Notes: generated by a model from the sequence alone, not told the origin. A DNA stretch of 64,000 bases from an uncultured Acidobacteriaceae bacterium (GCA_963760175.1 CAVXBU010000026.1:29075-93074), one strand, 5' to 3'. Positions 41,460 to 51,458 are shown, numbered from the stretch's first letter. A program made the numbers and translations.

Positions 41460-42226
41460 ACTGGAAAACATTTTTCGCGATGCTGGCGCGCGACGCCCAC
41501 GTAGCGAGGCGTAACGCCATTCAACTCCTTCTGCAAACATTTCTGCAGCCACTGCTCTTTGTGTTCATTTTCGGCCGGGTGATGGTCGGCAGCGGCTACA
41601 TGCCTGCGGCGTACAAGAGCCTTCTGCTGCCGGGCATTATCGCAATCAGCATGGTCTTCACCGGAATCTGGGCGGTGGCCATGCCGCTCATTGCCGAGTT
41701 TCAGTGGACCCGCGAAATCGAAGACCGCCTGCTCGCCCCGATCGACGTCGCCTGGATCGCGATCGAGAAAGTCATTGCCGGAATGCTTCAAGCGGTGGTC
41801 GCCGGCCTGATCGTAATCCCGCTAGCCTGGCTCGTGCTTCGACCAGGAGTTGAAATCAGTATTCATGCGCCGTTGACGTTCGCTGTAATCATTGTGCTGG
41901 TAGCGACCTTCTCCGCATGCGGAGGACTGGCCCTGGGGTGCAGCATCAATCAGCAACATATCGGGCTGATGTTTGGCATGGTAATTACTCCCATGATTTT
42001 TTTTGGCTGCGCGTATTATCCCTGGAGCGCGCTGAAAACCTTCCCTATCCTGCAAAAAGCTGTGCTCATCAACCCGCTGGTGTACGCCAGCGAAGGACTG
42101 CGCGCCACTTTGGTTCCGCAGTTCCCGCATTTATCGATAACGGCGGTGCTGATCGCGCTGCTTTTCTTCGACGTTCTGCTGCTGGTGGTAGGGCTTCGGC
42201 AGTTCGAAAAGAAGGCGGTGAGTTGA
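41456..42226 (+). CDS. ABC-2 type transporter permease
   Basis: 256 aa with six hydrophobic segments. ATGA-type overlap with the ATPase gene. Confidence 0.8.
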   Translation: MNWKTFFAMLARDAHVARRNAIQLLLQTFLQPLLFVFIFGRVMVGSGYMPAAYKSLLLPGIIAISMVFTGIWAVAMPLIAEFQWTREIEDRLLAPIDVAWIAIEKVIAGMLQAVVAGLIVIPLAWLVLRPGVEISIHAPLTFAVIIVLVATFSACGGLALGCSINQQHIGLMFGMVITPMIFFGCAYYPWSALKTFPILQKAVLINPLVYASEGLRATLVPQFPHLSITAVLIALLFFDVLLLVVGLRQFEKKAVS

Positions 42227-43459
42227 GTACGTTCGGCGCCGCGAGCTAGACGGACTTGATGTGCTCGCGGAATTGACCTCGACCTCGCCGCGCAATTCTG
42301 TCCCCTCCGGAGCATCGCAGGGCATCGTGAACCTGAAAATGGAACCCCGGCCAGCCAGCGACTCGACCCAGATCTTTCCGCCACAGTGCTCGACGATCTT
42401 CTTGCAGATGGCCAGCCCAATTCCGTTGCCCGCATATTCGGTTCGGGTATGCAAGCGCTGAAAAACAACAAAAATATTTTCTCTGTGCTCGGGCGCAATG
42501 CCGATCCCGTTATCGCTCACGCTGAACATCCACTGCTGACCTGCCTTCTCGGCCTGCACTGAAATTGCGGGCGCTTCCTTGCCGCGGAATTTGATCGCAT
42601 TTCCGATCAGATTCTGCAAGACCTGCATGATCTGCGTGCGGTTAGCCCAAACCACGGGCAGCGCCGCGTGCGTCACGACCGCGCCGCTCGCTTGCATCGC
42701 CGGACCCAGACTGTGCAGAACCTCTTCCATCGCCGCGTCACAATCGACGCGTCCGCCGGCGGCCTCAGTCTTTCCCACTCGCGAAAAGGCCAGCAGATCC
42801 TGAATCAGAGTCTGCATCCGCAGAGCTCCCTCGCAGGCGTAGCCGATGTATTTGTCGGCGTTCTCATCGAGTTTGCCGCGGTAGCGCTCGGCAAGCAATT
42901 GCGTGTAAGCCGCCACCATGCGCAGCGGCTCCTGCAGATCGTGCGATGCTATATAAGCGAATTGCTGAAGGTCGGCGTTGGAGCGGGCAAGCTCTTCGAC
43001 TTTTCGCGCCAAATCCTCTTCCGCTTGCCGCCGCAACCGAAGCAGGCGTTTTTCCTGTAAAGCGCGCCGGATGGTTTCCGGCAGCCGTGCCAGACCGTCT
43101 TTCAAAACGTAATCCGTTGCGCCCTGCTTGATACACTCCACCGCCGTTACATCTCCCAAGGCGCCAGAAACAAGGATCAGTGGAATGTCCAGGCCTTCAC
43201 GCCGCAGCACCTCCAGCGCTTCCATGCCCTTCCATTGCGGCAGGTTGTAGTCGGCTAGCACCACATCCGGATGGTGCAAGGGCAGTTGCCGCTTAAACTC
43301 GGCCTCGTTCTGCACCACCACCACCGAAAGCGAGAAGCCGCCCTTGCGCAGCGCCTGGGCCACGAGTTCGGCATCGAGTTCGTTGTCTTCAACGTGCAGC
43401 ACTCGGAGTTCACCCGGTTGCGGCGCGCGATCATCGCTGCGGGTATCGCTGGGGGTCAT
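42131..43459 (-). CDS. Hybrid response-regulator / histidine kinase (REC-HisKA-HATPase)
   Basis: REC 'VLHVEDNELD ... DVVLADYNLP'. H-box 'ASHDLQEPLR'. N/G boxes 'GNAIKF' and 'DNGIGI ... GNGIGLA'. The C-terminal tail overlaps the convergent permease gene. Confidence 0.85.
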   Translation of the reverse strand: MTPSDTRSDDRAPQPGELRVLHVEDNELDAELVAQALRKGGFSLSVVVVQNEAEFKRQLPLHHPDVVLADYNLPQWKGMEALEVLRREGLDIPLILVSGALGDVTAVECIKQGATDYVLKDGLARLPETIRRALQEKRLLRLRRQAEEDLARKVEELARSNADLQQFAYIASHDLQEPLRMVAAYTQLLAERYRGKLDENADKYIGYACEGALRMQTLIQDLLAFSRVGKTEAAGGRVDCDAAMEEVLHSLGPAMQASGAVVTHAALPVVWANRTQIMQVLQNLIGNAIKFRGKEAPAISVQAEKAGQQWMFSVSDNGIGIAPEHRENIFVVFQRLHTRTEYAGNGIGLAICKKIVEHCGGKIWVESLAGRGSIFRFTMPCDAPEGTELRGEVEVNSASTSSPSSSRRRTYSTHRLLFELPKPYHQQQNVEEKQRDQHRRYR

Positions 43460-43932
43460 GAGCCAACCTTTACCGGTTGCGGAGCAGGTTCCCTCACCGG
43501 CGGCTGATTGATGACCAGCCAGTACAATCCCGCAGTTTTCACCGTCTCCCGAAACTGGTCGAAGTCGACCGGCTTCTGGATATAGCTGTTCACGCCCAGG
43601 CGGTAACTCGCGGCCAAGTCCCGGTCTTCTTTAGAGGAGGTCATAATCACGATCGGGATGGTCTTGGTCCGAGGGTCGCTCTTGACCTGTTTGAGCACTT
43701 CCATTCCATCCACCTTGGGGAGTTTCAAATCCAACAGAACTAATTTGGGGGGATGATCAAACGATCTCTCCGCGTAGGCCCCGCGACAGAAGAGGAAGTC
43801 CAGGGCTTGCTCGCCATCGCCCACAATGAAAATGTTGTTGGCCAGGTTCTCCCGCCGCAGCGCGTGCAGCGCCAGATCTCTATCGTCCTGATTGTCTTCC
43901 ACCAATAGTATGTCGAGTTTTCCTGGATTCAT
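43456..43932 (-). CDS. Single-domain response regulator (CheY-like)
   Basis: 'ILLVEDNQDD', 'LVLLDLKLPKVDG', 'IVIMTSS' and 'YIQKP' receiver motifs. Confidence 0.9.
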   Translation of the reverse strand: MNPGKLDILLVEDNQDDRDLALHALRRENLANNIFIVGDGEQALDFLFCRGAYAERSFDHPPKLVLLDLKLPKVDGMEVLKQVKSDPRTKTIPIVIMTSSKEDRDLAASYRLGVNSYIQKPVDFDQFRETVKTAGLYWLVINQPPVREPAPQPVKVGS

Positions 43933-45952
43933 GATTGGCCTCCAGCCGCAGCTCCATTACTTTTCGATTCCGCTTGTTTTCCTGCACCGAGCGTGAAATA
44001 GAAGGCTGCGCCCTTGTCCAGTTCCGCCTCCGCCCACACTCGGCCTTTGTGTTTGTGAACGATGCGTTGCACTGTGACCAGGCCTATACCCGTGCCTTCG
44101 AATTCATCCGTACTGTGCAATCTTTGGAAGACTCCGAACAACTTGCCGACATACTTCATGCTGAAGCCGATGCCGTTGTCGCGGACCATGAAGACCAGTT
44201 GCCCATCCGCTTCTTTGTGGCTGACTTCGATGACGGCGTGCGCGCGGCGACGGGTGAACTTGAGCGCATTCGCCAGCAGGTTTTGAAAGATCTGTTTGAC
44301 CAGAACCGGATCACACTCCACCGCGGGCAGATCGGCCACAATCCATTCCACCTGCCGCCCTTCGCTATCCGGCTGGAGCATCGCTATCACTTCAGCGACA
44401 ATCGCGTTCAACCCGGCTGGCTGCGCACGCAGCACATGACGGCCAACCCGTGCCAGATTCAGCAATTCATCCACCAGCAGGCCCATCTTTTGTGTTCCCG
44501 ACTGAATGCGCTCCAGGTAATGTTGTGCGCGAGGATCGAGGGTGGCGCCGAATTCCTCCACCAGTATCTTGGAGAAGCCGCTGATATGCCGCAAAGGCGC
44601 CCGCAGATCGTGGGATACCGAGTAACTGAAAGCCTCCAGTTCTTGGTTGGCAACTTCCAGTTGGGCCGTCCGCTCCGCGACTCGCTGTTCGAGTTCGTCG
44701 TTAAGCTTTTGGATTTCCCGTGCATCGGCTCTGCTCTGGGTAACGTCGCGGAAAGCCGCCACTCCGCCGCGTACTGCGCCCTGTTTGTCTCTTAGGGGGC
44801 CAGCGCTAACTTCGATCCAGATGCCATCGGGGTGTTCCGGATTGCGCACAAACATCTCGGTTGTGCTCACCTCCCCACGAATGGCGCGAACCAGGGGAAT
44901 CTGCTCACTGGGGAAAGGCGTCACCGCGTCGTTCTGAAACAGGCCGTAATGCTCTGTCCATTGCTGGCTGGGGAGATTGGTCGCGCCCATGCCAAGGATC
45001 TTTTCCGCCGCGGCGTTCCAGAGGACGAACTTGCCCTGCTCGTCCGCGGCGGCCAACCCCTCAGTCATGCTGTCTAGCACGGACTGGAGCATGAGCGTCT
45101 GCTCTTCCAGCGCCAGCCGCGAGCGGGCCAATTCTTCAGCTTGCTGGAAAAGTTCTTCGGCCTGATCGGCCAGGGCAGCCTCCGCCTCGCTTGCGTTCCG
45201 TGATGTCGCGCGCAATTTTGGAAGCGCCAACAATCGCACCACTGCTGTCCTTGATCGGCGAAATCGTCGCCGAAATGTCAATGTGCGTCGCCATCCTTTC
45301 GGACGCGGACGGTTTCGAAATGCTCAACGCTCTCACCGCGGCCAATTCGCGCCAGAATGTCGAGTTCCTCATTCGCGCGTTCGGGCGGGATCAGCATCCG
45401 CATCGATTTGCCCACGGCCTCCGCCGACAAGTAACCGAACACCTTCTCGGCGCCGTGATTCCAGGCGGTGATGGTTCCGTCGAGGGTCTTGCTGATGATG
45501 GCATCGTCGGAGGAGTCGACCACCGCCGCCAGCCGCTCGCGCACTTCCTCCGCCCGCTTTCGTTCCGTAATGTCGGCGCGTATCGCCATGTATTGGCGCG
45601 GCTTGCCCTCAGATGTAAGAAAAGGAACAATGGTCGTATCCACCCAATAAATCGAGCCGTCTTTGGCGCGGTTCCTGATTTCGCCATGCCAGACTTTCCC
45701 GTCGGCGATGGTGTGATACATCTGCTGGAAAAAGTCTTTTGGATGGTGGCCGGAGTTGAGAATGCGGTGATTCTGGCCGATCAGTTCCTCTCTGGAGTAT
45801 TGACTGATAGCGCAGAATTTGTCATTGACGTAGGTGATCGTGCCCTGGACGTCGGTGATCGCCACGATGGCGTGCTGATCCAAAGCGAACTTTTGGTCGG
45901 CCAGTTCTTTGAGCGCAGCCTCACTGGCGGTGAGGCTTTGTTTGGGTTTCAT
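43929..45952 (-). pseudogene. Multi-PAS sensor histidine kinase, two frame breaks (about 45285 and about 45200) as assembled
   Basis: PAS/PAC repeats ('[27 protein letters not shown]', 'DITERK' x2). H-box 'VSHDLRAPLR'. 'DNGIGF ... GTGIGL' HATPase. The pieces are ORFs 45278-45952, 45136-45372 and 43929-45281. Confidence 0.8.
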
Positions 45953-46103
45953 GAATCCGGCGTCGCCCCTTGGTGAGTTATCGGCAAAAGCGTTGCCGTC
46001 ACCAGCAAATGAAGAGGTTACTGAGGGTCGCGGCGGAAGCCAGGGTACGCAGACACGCGCGCGAGCCGGAGATCGAAGGTCTCCGGCTCGCCCGTCGGGA
46101 CCA

Positions 46104-46499
46104 CTACGATGGCAAACCTCCGCCCCAGCCCGCCCGCAGGCTGGCGCGAATCACTCCCAGCAATTCCTCGTTGTCGGCAGGCTTCTGGAAGAAAGCGACG
46201 GCGCCCGATTCGAGAGTACGTTTTTCGTTGCCTTCGGGATCGCGGGCGGTGAGCACGATCACCGGAATCGCCGAAAGCGCTGGAAACTCTTGCAAGTGTT
46301 TCAGCACGGCAAATCCGTCGCCCGCCGGCAGCCCGAGATCGAGGATGATCAGGTGGGGCTTTTCTTTCTGAGCCATGGCGATGGCGGAATAACCGTCACA
46401 AACATTCACGGTGTCGAAGTTATTGGCCCGCAGACGCAAACTCAGGGCCTGTCTGAGATCGGGATCATCATCCACGACCATAATCTTTGCTCGATTCAT
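46104..46499 (-). CDS. Single-domain response regulator
   Basis: 'IMVVDDDPD', '[13 protein letters not shown]', 'VIVLTA' and 'FFQKP'. ATG 46499 is preferred. Confidence 0.85.
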   Translation of the reverse strand: MNRAKIMVVDDDPDLRQALSLRLRANNFDTVNVCDGYSAIAMAQKEKPHLIILDLGLPAGDGFAVLKHLQEFPALSAIPVIVLTARDPEGNEKRTLESGAVAFFQKPADNEELLGVIRASLRAGWGGGLPS

Positions 46500-46521
46500 G
46501 GGCTGCTGGTCAAGGTAACTT

Positions 46522-48126
46522 TCAGTCGGCATTTTTGTGGCGCTCCTTTTCGGTGAAGTCTTGCTTGTTCCCAAGGCCTAGTTGAATGATTCCCGTGAGG
46601 TAATCGGCAATGCCCCAGACTTGCTGTTCCAAGGTTCTCGAGTCGGCGGCGGGCGGGCCAGGAATCTTCTCAGCCGTTACCCGCAGAGTGCCCCCGGTCT
46701 TCAGCCTGGGCAGGGACCCGATTTGATCGCGGATGCGGTCCATCAGGATGCTGACCTGCTCCATGTGAGTGGAGGCGACGACGTAGAGCGTTTCGACGGG
46801 GCCGCTGCTTCCGGTGACCGGAAGAACCAGATCCTTGTCCACGAAGATGCAAAGGCGCAGCCGTTCCAGGCACTGCTCACAGGTTTCTTTCCAGCTTCCG
46901 CGGAGAGATTTGGACAGCGGAGTCAGTTCCACGCGCACCAGCACCAGCGACTCCCGTAAGTGTCCCTGATACGTGGTCACCGGGAACAGGAGCTTGGCGA
47001 GGGAATAGAGCGGCAAGGTGAATGAGAATGTGCTGCCACTTCCGGGTTGGCTTGCCACCCACATTCTCCCGCCGTGCAGGGTGACAATTTCCTTGGCGAT
47101 GAATAGTCCCAGACCGAGACCGGTCCGGCTGTTGTCAATCGAGTCCGGATCCTGATAGAGACGTTCGAAAACCAGCGGAAGCGACTCCTGCGGGATGCCC
47201 CGGCCGGTATCGCTGACCGAGAGGTAGACGGCGGACGGGTCAGTCTCCACCATCGAGGCCAGCACCGCTACCGAGCCATCGGCGGGCGTGAACTTGATGG
47301 CATTGTCAATAAGGTTGATGAAGATCTCAAGCGTACGGTCGGGATCCGCATAGACGAGCGGGATGGTTTGATCGAGCGTCGCCTGGAGACCAACATGTTT
47401 TTCGGCGGCGGTCGGCCGCATCATCGCGACTGCCTGCTGGATCAGTTCGCCAATATCGACACAACGCTGGTCGATGCGCAGCTTGCCGCTATCGGCCCGG
47501 GTGGCTTCCAGCAGGTCGCGGATCATGGCGTGCAACTGATTCACACTCTTGAGGATTGTCTTGAGGTGATCATTTTGGTCGGGCTGCATGGCGCCAGCCA
47601 ACCCATCCAGAAGAATGGTGACGTACTGGTGAATGCACGTCAGCGGCGTACGCAACTCGTGCGAAACGTGGGATAGAAAACGATTCTTGAATTCGAGTTG
47701 CGCCTGGCGGGTAACTTCCAGAGAACGCAGCAACCCCTGCCGTTCGACGGCATAGTGCAGGGCCCGGTCCAGTTGCTTGCTGGTGATGTCGCCTTTCACC
47801 AGGTAGTCCTGAACGCCCTGGTGCACCGCTTTGATGGCCAGCGCCTCATCGTCCTGACCGGACAGAATCACAATGGGCACGTTCGGAGCCTTCTGCATGA
47901 TCCGGCGAAAGGTTTCCGCGCCGTGGCTGTCGGGAAGGTTCAGATCAAGCAGCACCAGCGAGGGCGTTTCCGCTTCCAGACACGCGAGCGCGTCCGAGAG
48001 CCGGGGAACGCAATTTACATGGACCTCGGACTTGCCCTCTACCAGACGAAGGCGTATCAGGTCCGCGTCTCCGGGGTTGTCTTCAACCAGCAGAATGTTC
48101 GCAGCTTCGTGTTCCATTATTTTCAT
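46522..48126 (-). CDS. Hybrid REC-HisKA-HATPase kinase with ~150-aa C-terminal domain of unknown type
   Basis: REC 'ILLVEDNPGD ... LVLLDLNLPDSHG'. H-box 'VSHELRTPLT'. 'DNAIKF' and 'DTGRGI ... GLGLGL'. The sequence after 'STFSFTLPL' (aa ~385-534) matches nothing I recognise. Confidence 0.85.
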   Translation of the reverse strand: MKIMEHEAANILLVEDNPGDADLIRLRLVEGKSEVHVNCVPRLSDALACLEAETPSLVLLDLNLPDSHGAETFRRIMQKAPNVPIVILSGQDDEALAIKAVHQGVQDYLVKGDITSKQLDRALHYAVERQGLLRSLEVTRQAQLEFKNRFLSHVSHELRTPLTCIHQYVTILLDGLAGAMQPDQNDHLKTILKSVNQLHAMIRDLLEATRADSGKLRIDQRCVDIGELIQQAVAMMRPTAAEKHVGLQATLDQTIPLVYADPDRTLEIFINLIDNAIKFTPADGSVAVLASMVETDPSAVYLSVSDTGRGIPQESLPLVFERLYQDPDSIDNSRTGLGLGLFIAKEIVTLHGGRMWVASQPGSGSTFSFTLPLYSLAKLLFPVTTYQGHLRESLVLVRVELTPLSKSLRGSWKETCEQCLERLRLCIFVDKDLVLPVTGSSGPVETLYVVASTHMEQVSILMDRIRDQIGSLPRLKTGGTLRVTAEKIPGPPAADSRTLEQQVWGIADYLTGIIQLGLGNKQDFTEKERHKNAD

Positions 48127-48560
48127 TTTTCCTCTCGTGGCAGGCTCACGGAGCCGAACCAGAATTCTTCAATCGATTTCACCGCCAGTAAATAATCCTC
48201 CAGATTTCCGGGCTTGCTGAGGTAGCAGTTGGCGCCCAGTTCGTAGCTGCGCGCTATATCCAACATCGAGCGCGAAGTACTGAACACCACGATCGGGATG
48301 GTGTGCAGATTTCTGTCCGCTTTGACCTCAGTTAACACCGCTCGACCGTCCTTCCGCGGCAGATTAAGATCGAGGATCACCAGGTCGGGACGAACCGCGT
48401 TCGCATACTTGCCCGCGCGTTGCAGAAACGCTATGGCCTCCTCGCCGTCGGGTACATTTCTGATTTGGCTTTTATGCCTGCCCCCGGCCAACGCCTCCTG
48501 TGCAAGGCCGACGTCGGCCGCGTTGTCGTCCACGAGAAGGACCTGAGGCAATCGATTCAT
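48123..48560 (-). CDS. Single-domain response regulator
   Basis: 'VLLVDDNAAD', 'LVILDLNLPRKDG', 'IVVFSTS' and 'YLSKP'. ATG 48560 is preferred. Confidence 0.85.
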   Translation of the reverse strand: MNRLPQVLLVDDNAADVGLAQEALAGGRHKSQIRNVPDGEEAIAFLQRAGKYANAVRPDLVILDLNLPRKDGRAVLTEVKADRNLHTIPIVVFSTSRSMLDIARSYELGANCYLSKPGNLEDYLLAVKSIEEFWFGSVSLPREEK

Positions 48561-48941
48561 CACCCCGGCTCCCCCCTTCTCATCGTGACGGCTGGCAGGC
48601 AAAGTGCAGTTGAACGTGGGACCACAACCATTCTGAAAACCTCAGCCATACGCTTCCGCCAGGACCGGCGAAAGGCGTGCAGATCCCAGCCAATGGGTTT
48701 GGGCCGTACGCGTCCCCACATGAACACAGCTATCGGCACCGCCCAAGAGGGCTTGAACCCTAAAGACAACGCACGGCTCGCAAGAGAACAGACGGGAACC
48801 TTCTATTTGGACATGTCCTCATGGGCGTACCGGGAAGCGCGGGAACGCTTGCGGAGAGGGCGAGCTTGCCAAACCTATGTCCCAGCGTAATGCCCGGGCT
48901 AATGCCGTTCGGAGTATGATTTTGTAGCACCTACGGCCTCC

Positions 48942-49862
48942 ATGACCAAGCCGCGTTTCCTGCTTTCGGTGACGAACGAAGACAACGATTTCCAGATCGA
49001 GCAGGTGGAAGCTGCGCGCCACGCTGCCGATAAGGTCGGCGTGGAACTCGAGATCCTCAGCGCGCGGGATGACGGCATCCTGCAAAGCCAGCAACTCCTC
49101 GACAGAATTCAGTCCCCGGTCGATCTTCGTCCGAACGCCATCGTCTTCGAACCGGCAGGGGCTACCGCGCATCCTCAGGTGGCTCGCGCTGCCGCCACCG
49201 CGGGCATTGGCTGGGCCCTGCTGAGCCGCAATGCCGAGTATCTCAACGAGCTGCGCTCCATCTTTCACGTGCCCGCTTTTGTGGTTACTCCCGACCATGA
49301 GAAAATTGGCCGCATCCAGGGAAGGCAACTTGCCGCTGTTCTGCCGGGCGGAGGAATGGTCCTTTATATACAGGGCCCCAGCCAAAGCCTCGCAGCCAAG
49401 CAGCGGCATGCCGGCCTGCTGGAAACGATACCGGCAAACATACAGTTACGCGTTCTCAAGGCCCACTGGACCGAATCGAGTTCGAACAAAGCCGTTACTG
49501 CCTGGCTCTGCCTTTCCACGTCTCGCGCGGCGGAGCTCCGAGCGGTGTGCGCCCAGGACGATTCCATGGCTCTTGGCGCCCGCAAGGCGTTCGAGCAGTG
49601 CAAGTCAGAGCTGCGCGGATCGTGGCTGAAGATGCCGTTCCTGGGCATCGACGGCATGCCGAAAACTGGTCAAGCATGGGTTCACGCCGGCCTTCTGACG
49701 GCCACCGTCTTCAGCCCTCCGACGGCCGGGGTTGCGATTGATCTGATGGCTCGGTCCATGCAAAGCGGAACCATGCCGCCGGTCTGCACAACGATCGAAC
49801 CCAGGTCCATTCCCGCCATCGAGGAACTGGCTCGAAACACGCGCGGGGCCTCAGCCCCGTAG
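48942..49862 (+). CDS. Periplasmic-binding-protein type I (LacI/sugar-binding fold) domain protein without signal peptide or HTH
   Basis: An alternating beta-alpha pattern typical of Peripla_BP ('FLLSVTNEDNDFQ', 'PNAIVFEP', 'MVLYIQGP', 'AVCAQDDSMALGARKA'). There is no hydrophobic N-terminus. Confidence 0.6.
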   Translation: MTKPRFLLSVTNEDNDFQIEQVEAARHAADKVGVELEILSARDDGILQSQQLLDRIQSPVDLRPNAIVFEPAGATAHPQVARAAATAGIGWALLSRNAEYLNELRSIFHVPAFVVTPDHEKIGRIQGRQLAAVLPGGGMVLYIQGPSQSLAAKQRHAGLLETIPANIQLRVLKAHWTESSSNKAVTAWLCLSTSRAAELRAVCAQDDSMALGARKAFEQCKSELRGSWLKMPFLGIDGMPKTGQAWVHAGLLTATVFSPPTAGVAIDLMARSMQSGTMPPVCTTIEPRSIPAIEELARNTRGASAP

Positions 49863-50012
49863 CGCGGGGCTCAGCGCATCGCAAACGTGGTAATCTGCTG
49901 GCCTGCCTTTGGTAGTAGCGAAAAATCAACACCATACCTCGTGATGTGCTGCCCTCGGCGATGGCAACTTCGCACAATGCAACTGCGCAATGTGACTTTA
50001 TCCGGAGGCTTC

Positions 50013-50927
50013 ATGAAATTGGCGTTGAAGACGTTAACCGCTCTCGCCGTAATGATTCTTTTCGCCAGTGCAATCTCGGCAAAGGCATCCGCCCAGTCCC
50101 AGGCGATCGTCTCACGCACGTCGCAGGTCAACGGCGTCAAGCTCCACTATCTAACGGCCGGCCATGGACCGGCAGTAATCCTGCTGCACGGCTATACCCA
50201 GACGTCGCGCATGTGGAAACCGATCATTCCGCTTCTGGCCGCGAAATTTACGGTGATAGCCCCCGACCTGCCCGGAATCGGCGATTCCGAGATTCCGACG
50301 GATGGTCTGGACATGAAGACTGCTGCTATCCGCATCCACTCCCTCGTCAAGTCACTCGGAGTCGGGAAGGCAAGAGTCGTTGGGCACGACATCGGGCTGA
50401 TGGTCGCCTACGCATACGCCGCGCAGTTTCCCTCGGAAACCGAAAAACTGGTGGTGCTGGACGCATTTCTCCCAGGCGTAGCCGGCTGGGAAGACGTATA
50501 TAACAACCCGGGGATTTGGCATTTTCGCTTCAACGGGCCCACGCCGGAAGTGCTGGTCCGCGGACGCGAGCGAACATATTTCGACTACTTCTGGAACGAT
50601 TTCGCCGCCGATAAGACCCACTCGATTCCGGAAGCCGACCGCGCGGCGTACACGGCAGCCTACGCTCGCCCTGGCCGCATGCGAGCCGGTTGGGCATATT
50701 TCGTTTCCTTCCAGCAGGCGGCCAAGGATTTTGCGCAGCTCTCCCAGACCAAACTCACCATGCCTGTCCTGGCAATTGGCGGCGAGAAGGCAAACGGAGA
50801 AGTACTTGGTCAGCAAATGAAGTTAGTCGCAGCCGACGCCACTATGGTCGTGCTGAAGAACTGCGGCCACTGGGTCATGGAGGAACAACCCAAGGAAACG
50901 ACGGACGCCTTGATGAAATTCCTGTGA
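50013..50927 (+). CDS. Alpha/beta hydrolase (epoxide hydrolase / haloalkane dehalogenase-like), secreted
   Basis: Signal peptide from ATG 50013 (MKLALKTLTALAVMILFASAISAKASA). 'VILLHGYTQT' and the 'VVGHDIGLMVAY' Asp-nucleophile elbow. Confidence 0.85.
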   Translation: MKLALKTLTALAVMILFASAISAKASAQSQAIVSRTSQVNGVKLHYLTAGHGPAVILLHGYTQTSRMWKPIIPLLAAKFTVIAPDLPGIGDSEIPTDGLDMKTAAIRIHSLVKSLGVGKARVVGHDIGLMVAYAYAAQFPSETEKLVVLDAFLPGVAGWEDVYNNPGIWHFRFNGPTPEVLVRGRERTYFDYFWNDFAADKTHSIPEADRAAYTAAYARPGRMRAGWAYFVSFQQAAKDFAQLSQTKLTMPVLAIGGEKANGEVLGQQMKLVAADATMVVLKNCGHWVMEEQPKETTDALMKFL

Positions 50928-50975
50928 GGGCCGCGCAGTTTTGATTCGCTCGCCGGCGATTTAGTCTTCGGCGAT

Positions 50976-51458
50976 TTACTCTTCGTCCAGGTATTCGCCG
51001 GGCACGTCGTCCTCGGGCACCTCACGGGTGTGAACTTCTCTCCCCTCGCGTTCTCCGGCGCGTTCCACGCCCGATACCACCCCAGCTTCGAAGGCGTTGC
51101 CTTCCTCAAGCAACTCGTCAACACTTTCTGAATCTGCGCTTGCGACGTTAGACAAGCCTTGCAGATCTCCTGATTCCTCGCCCGAGAGCGATGCGGGTAT
51201 ATCACGCGAGAATCCGAAGCCCTCCGGCTCCCGGTTTCTCTTCCCAGTCTTTTCGTTACGCACGTTGGCGGTCTTCCCGCTGATCGTCTTCTTCGAGCTC
51301 TTCGTTTTCGTTGCGGCTTTTTTCGGAGCTGACGCCCGCTTCGCCGATTTCTTAGGAGTCTTCCGCTTCTGCACCCGCTTTTTTGCCGGTTTCGATTTCC
51401 TGCCGGCACTTTTCTTCAATTTCGTCGATTTCTTCTTGTTTTTCTTTTTGGTAGCCAT
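50976..51458 (-). CDS. Bipartite charged protein: histone-H1-like Lys-rich N-terminus plus acidic C-terminal domain
   Basis: The first ~75 aa are about half Lys/Arg (MATKKKNKKKSTKLKKSAGRKSKPAKKRVQKRKTPKK...). The C-terminal half is acidic (ADSESVDELLEEGNAFEAG ... EVPEDDVPGEYLDEE). Confidence 0.6.
   Translation of the reverse strand: MATKKKNKKKSTKLKKSAGRKSKPAKKRVQKRKTPKKSAKRASAPKKAATKTKSSKKTISGKTANVRNEKTGKRNREPEGFGFSRDIPASLSGEESGDLQGLSNVASADSESVDELLEEGNAFEAGVVSGVERAGEREGREVHTREVPEDDVPGEYLDEE

Noticed and set aside
42131-42226. A 96-nt convergent overlap between the ABC-2 permease 3' end and the hybrid kinase 3' end, as a possible antisense regulatory arrangement.
   Set aside because: The kinase tail after 'FRFTMP' is low-complexity (S/R/Q-rich). 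It is more likely read-through beyond the true stop caused by an indel, or simply a non-conserved tail.
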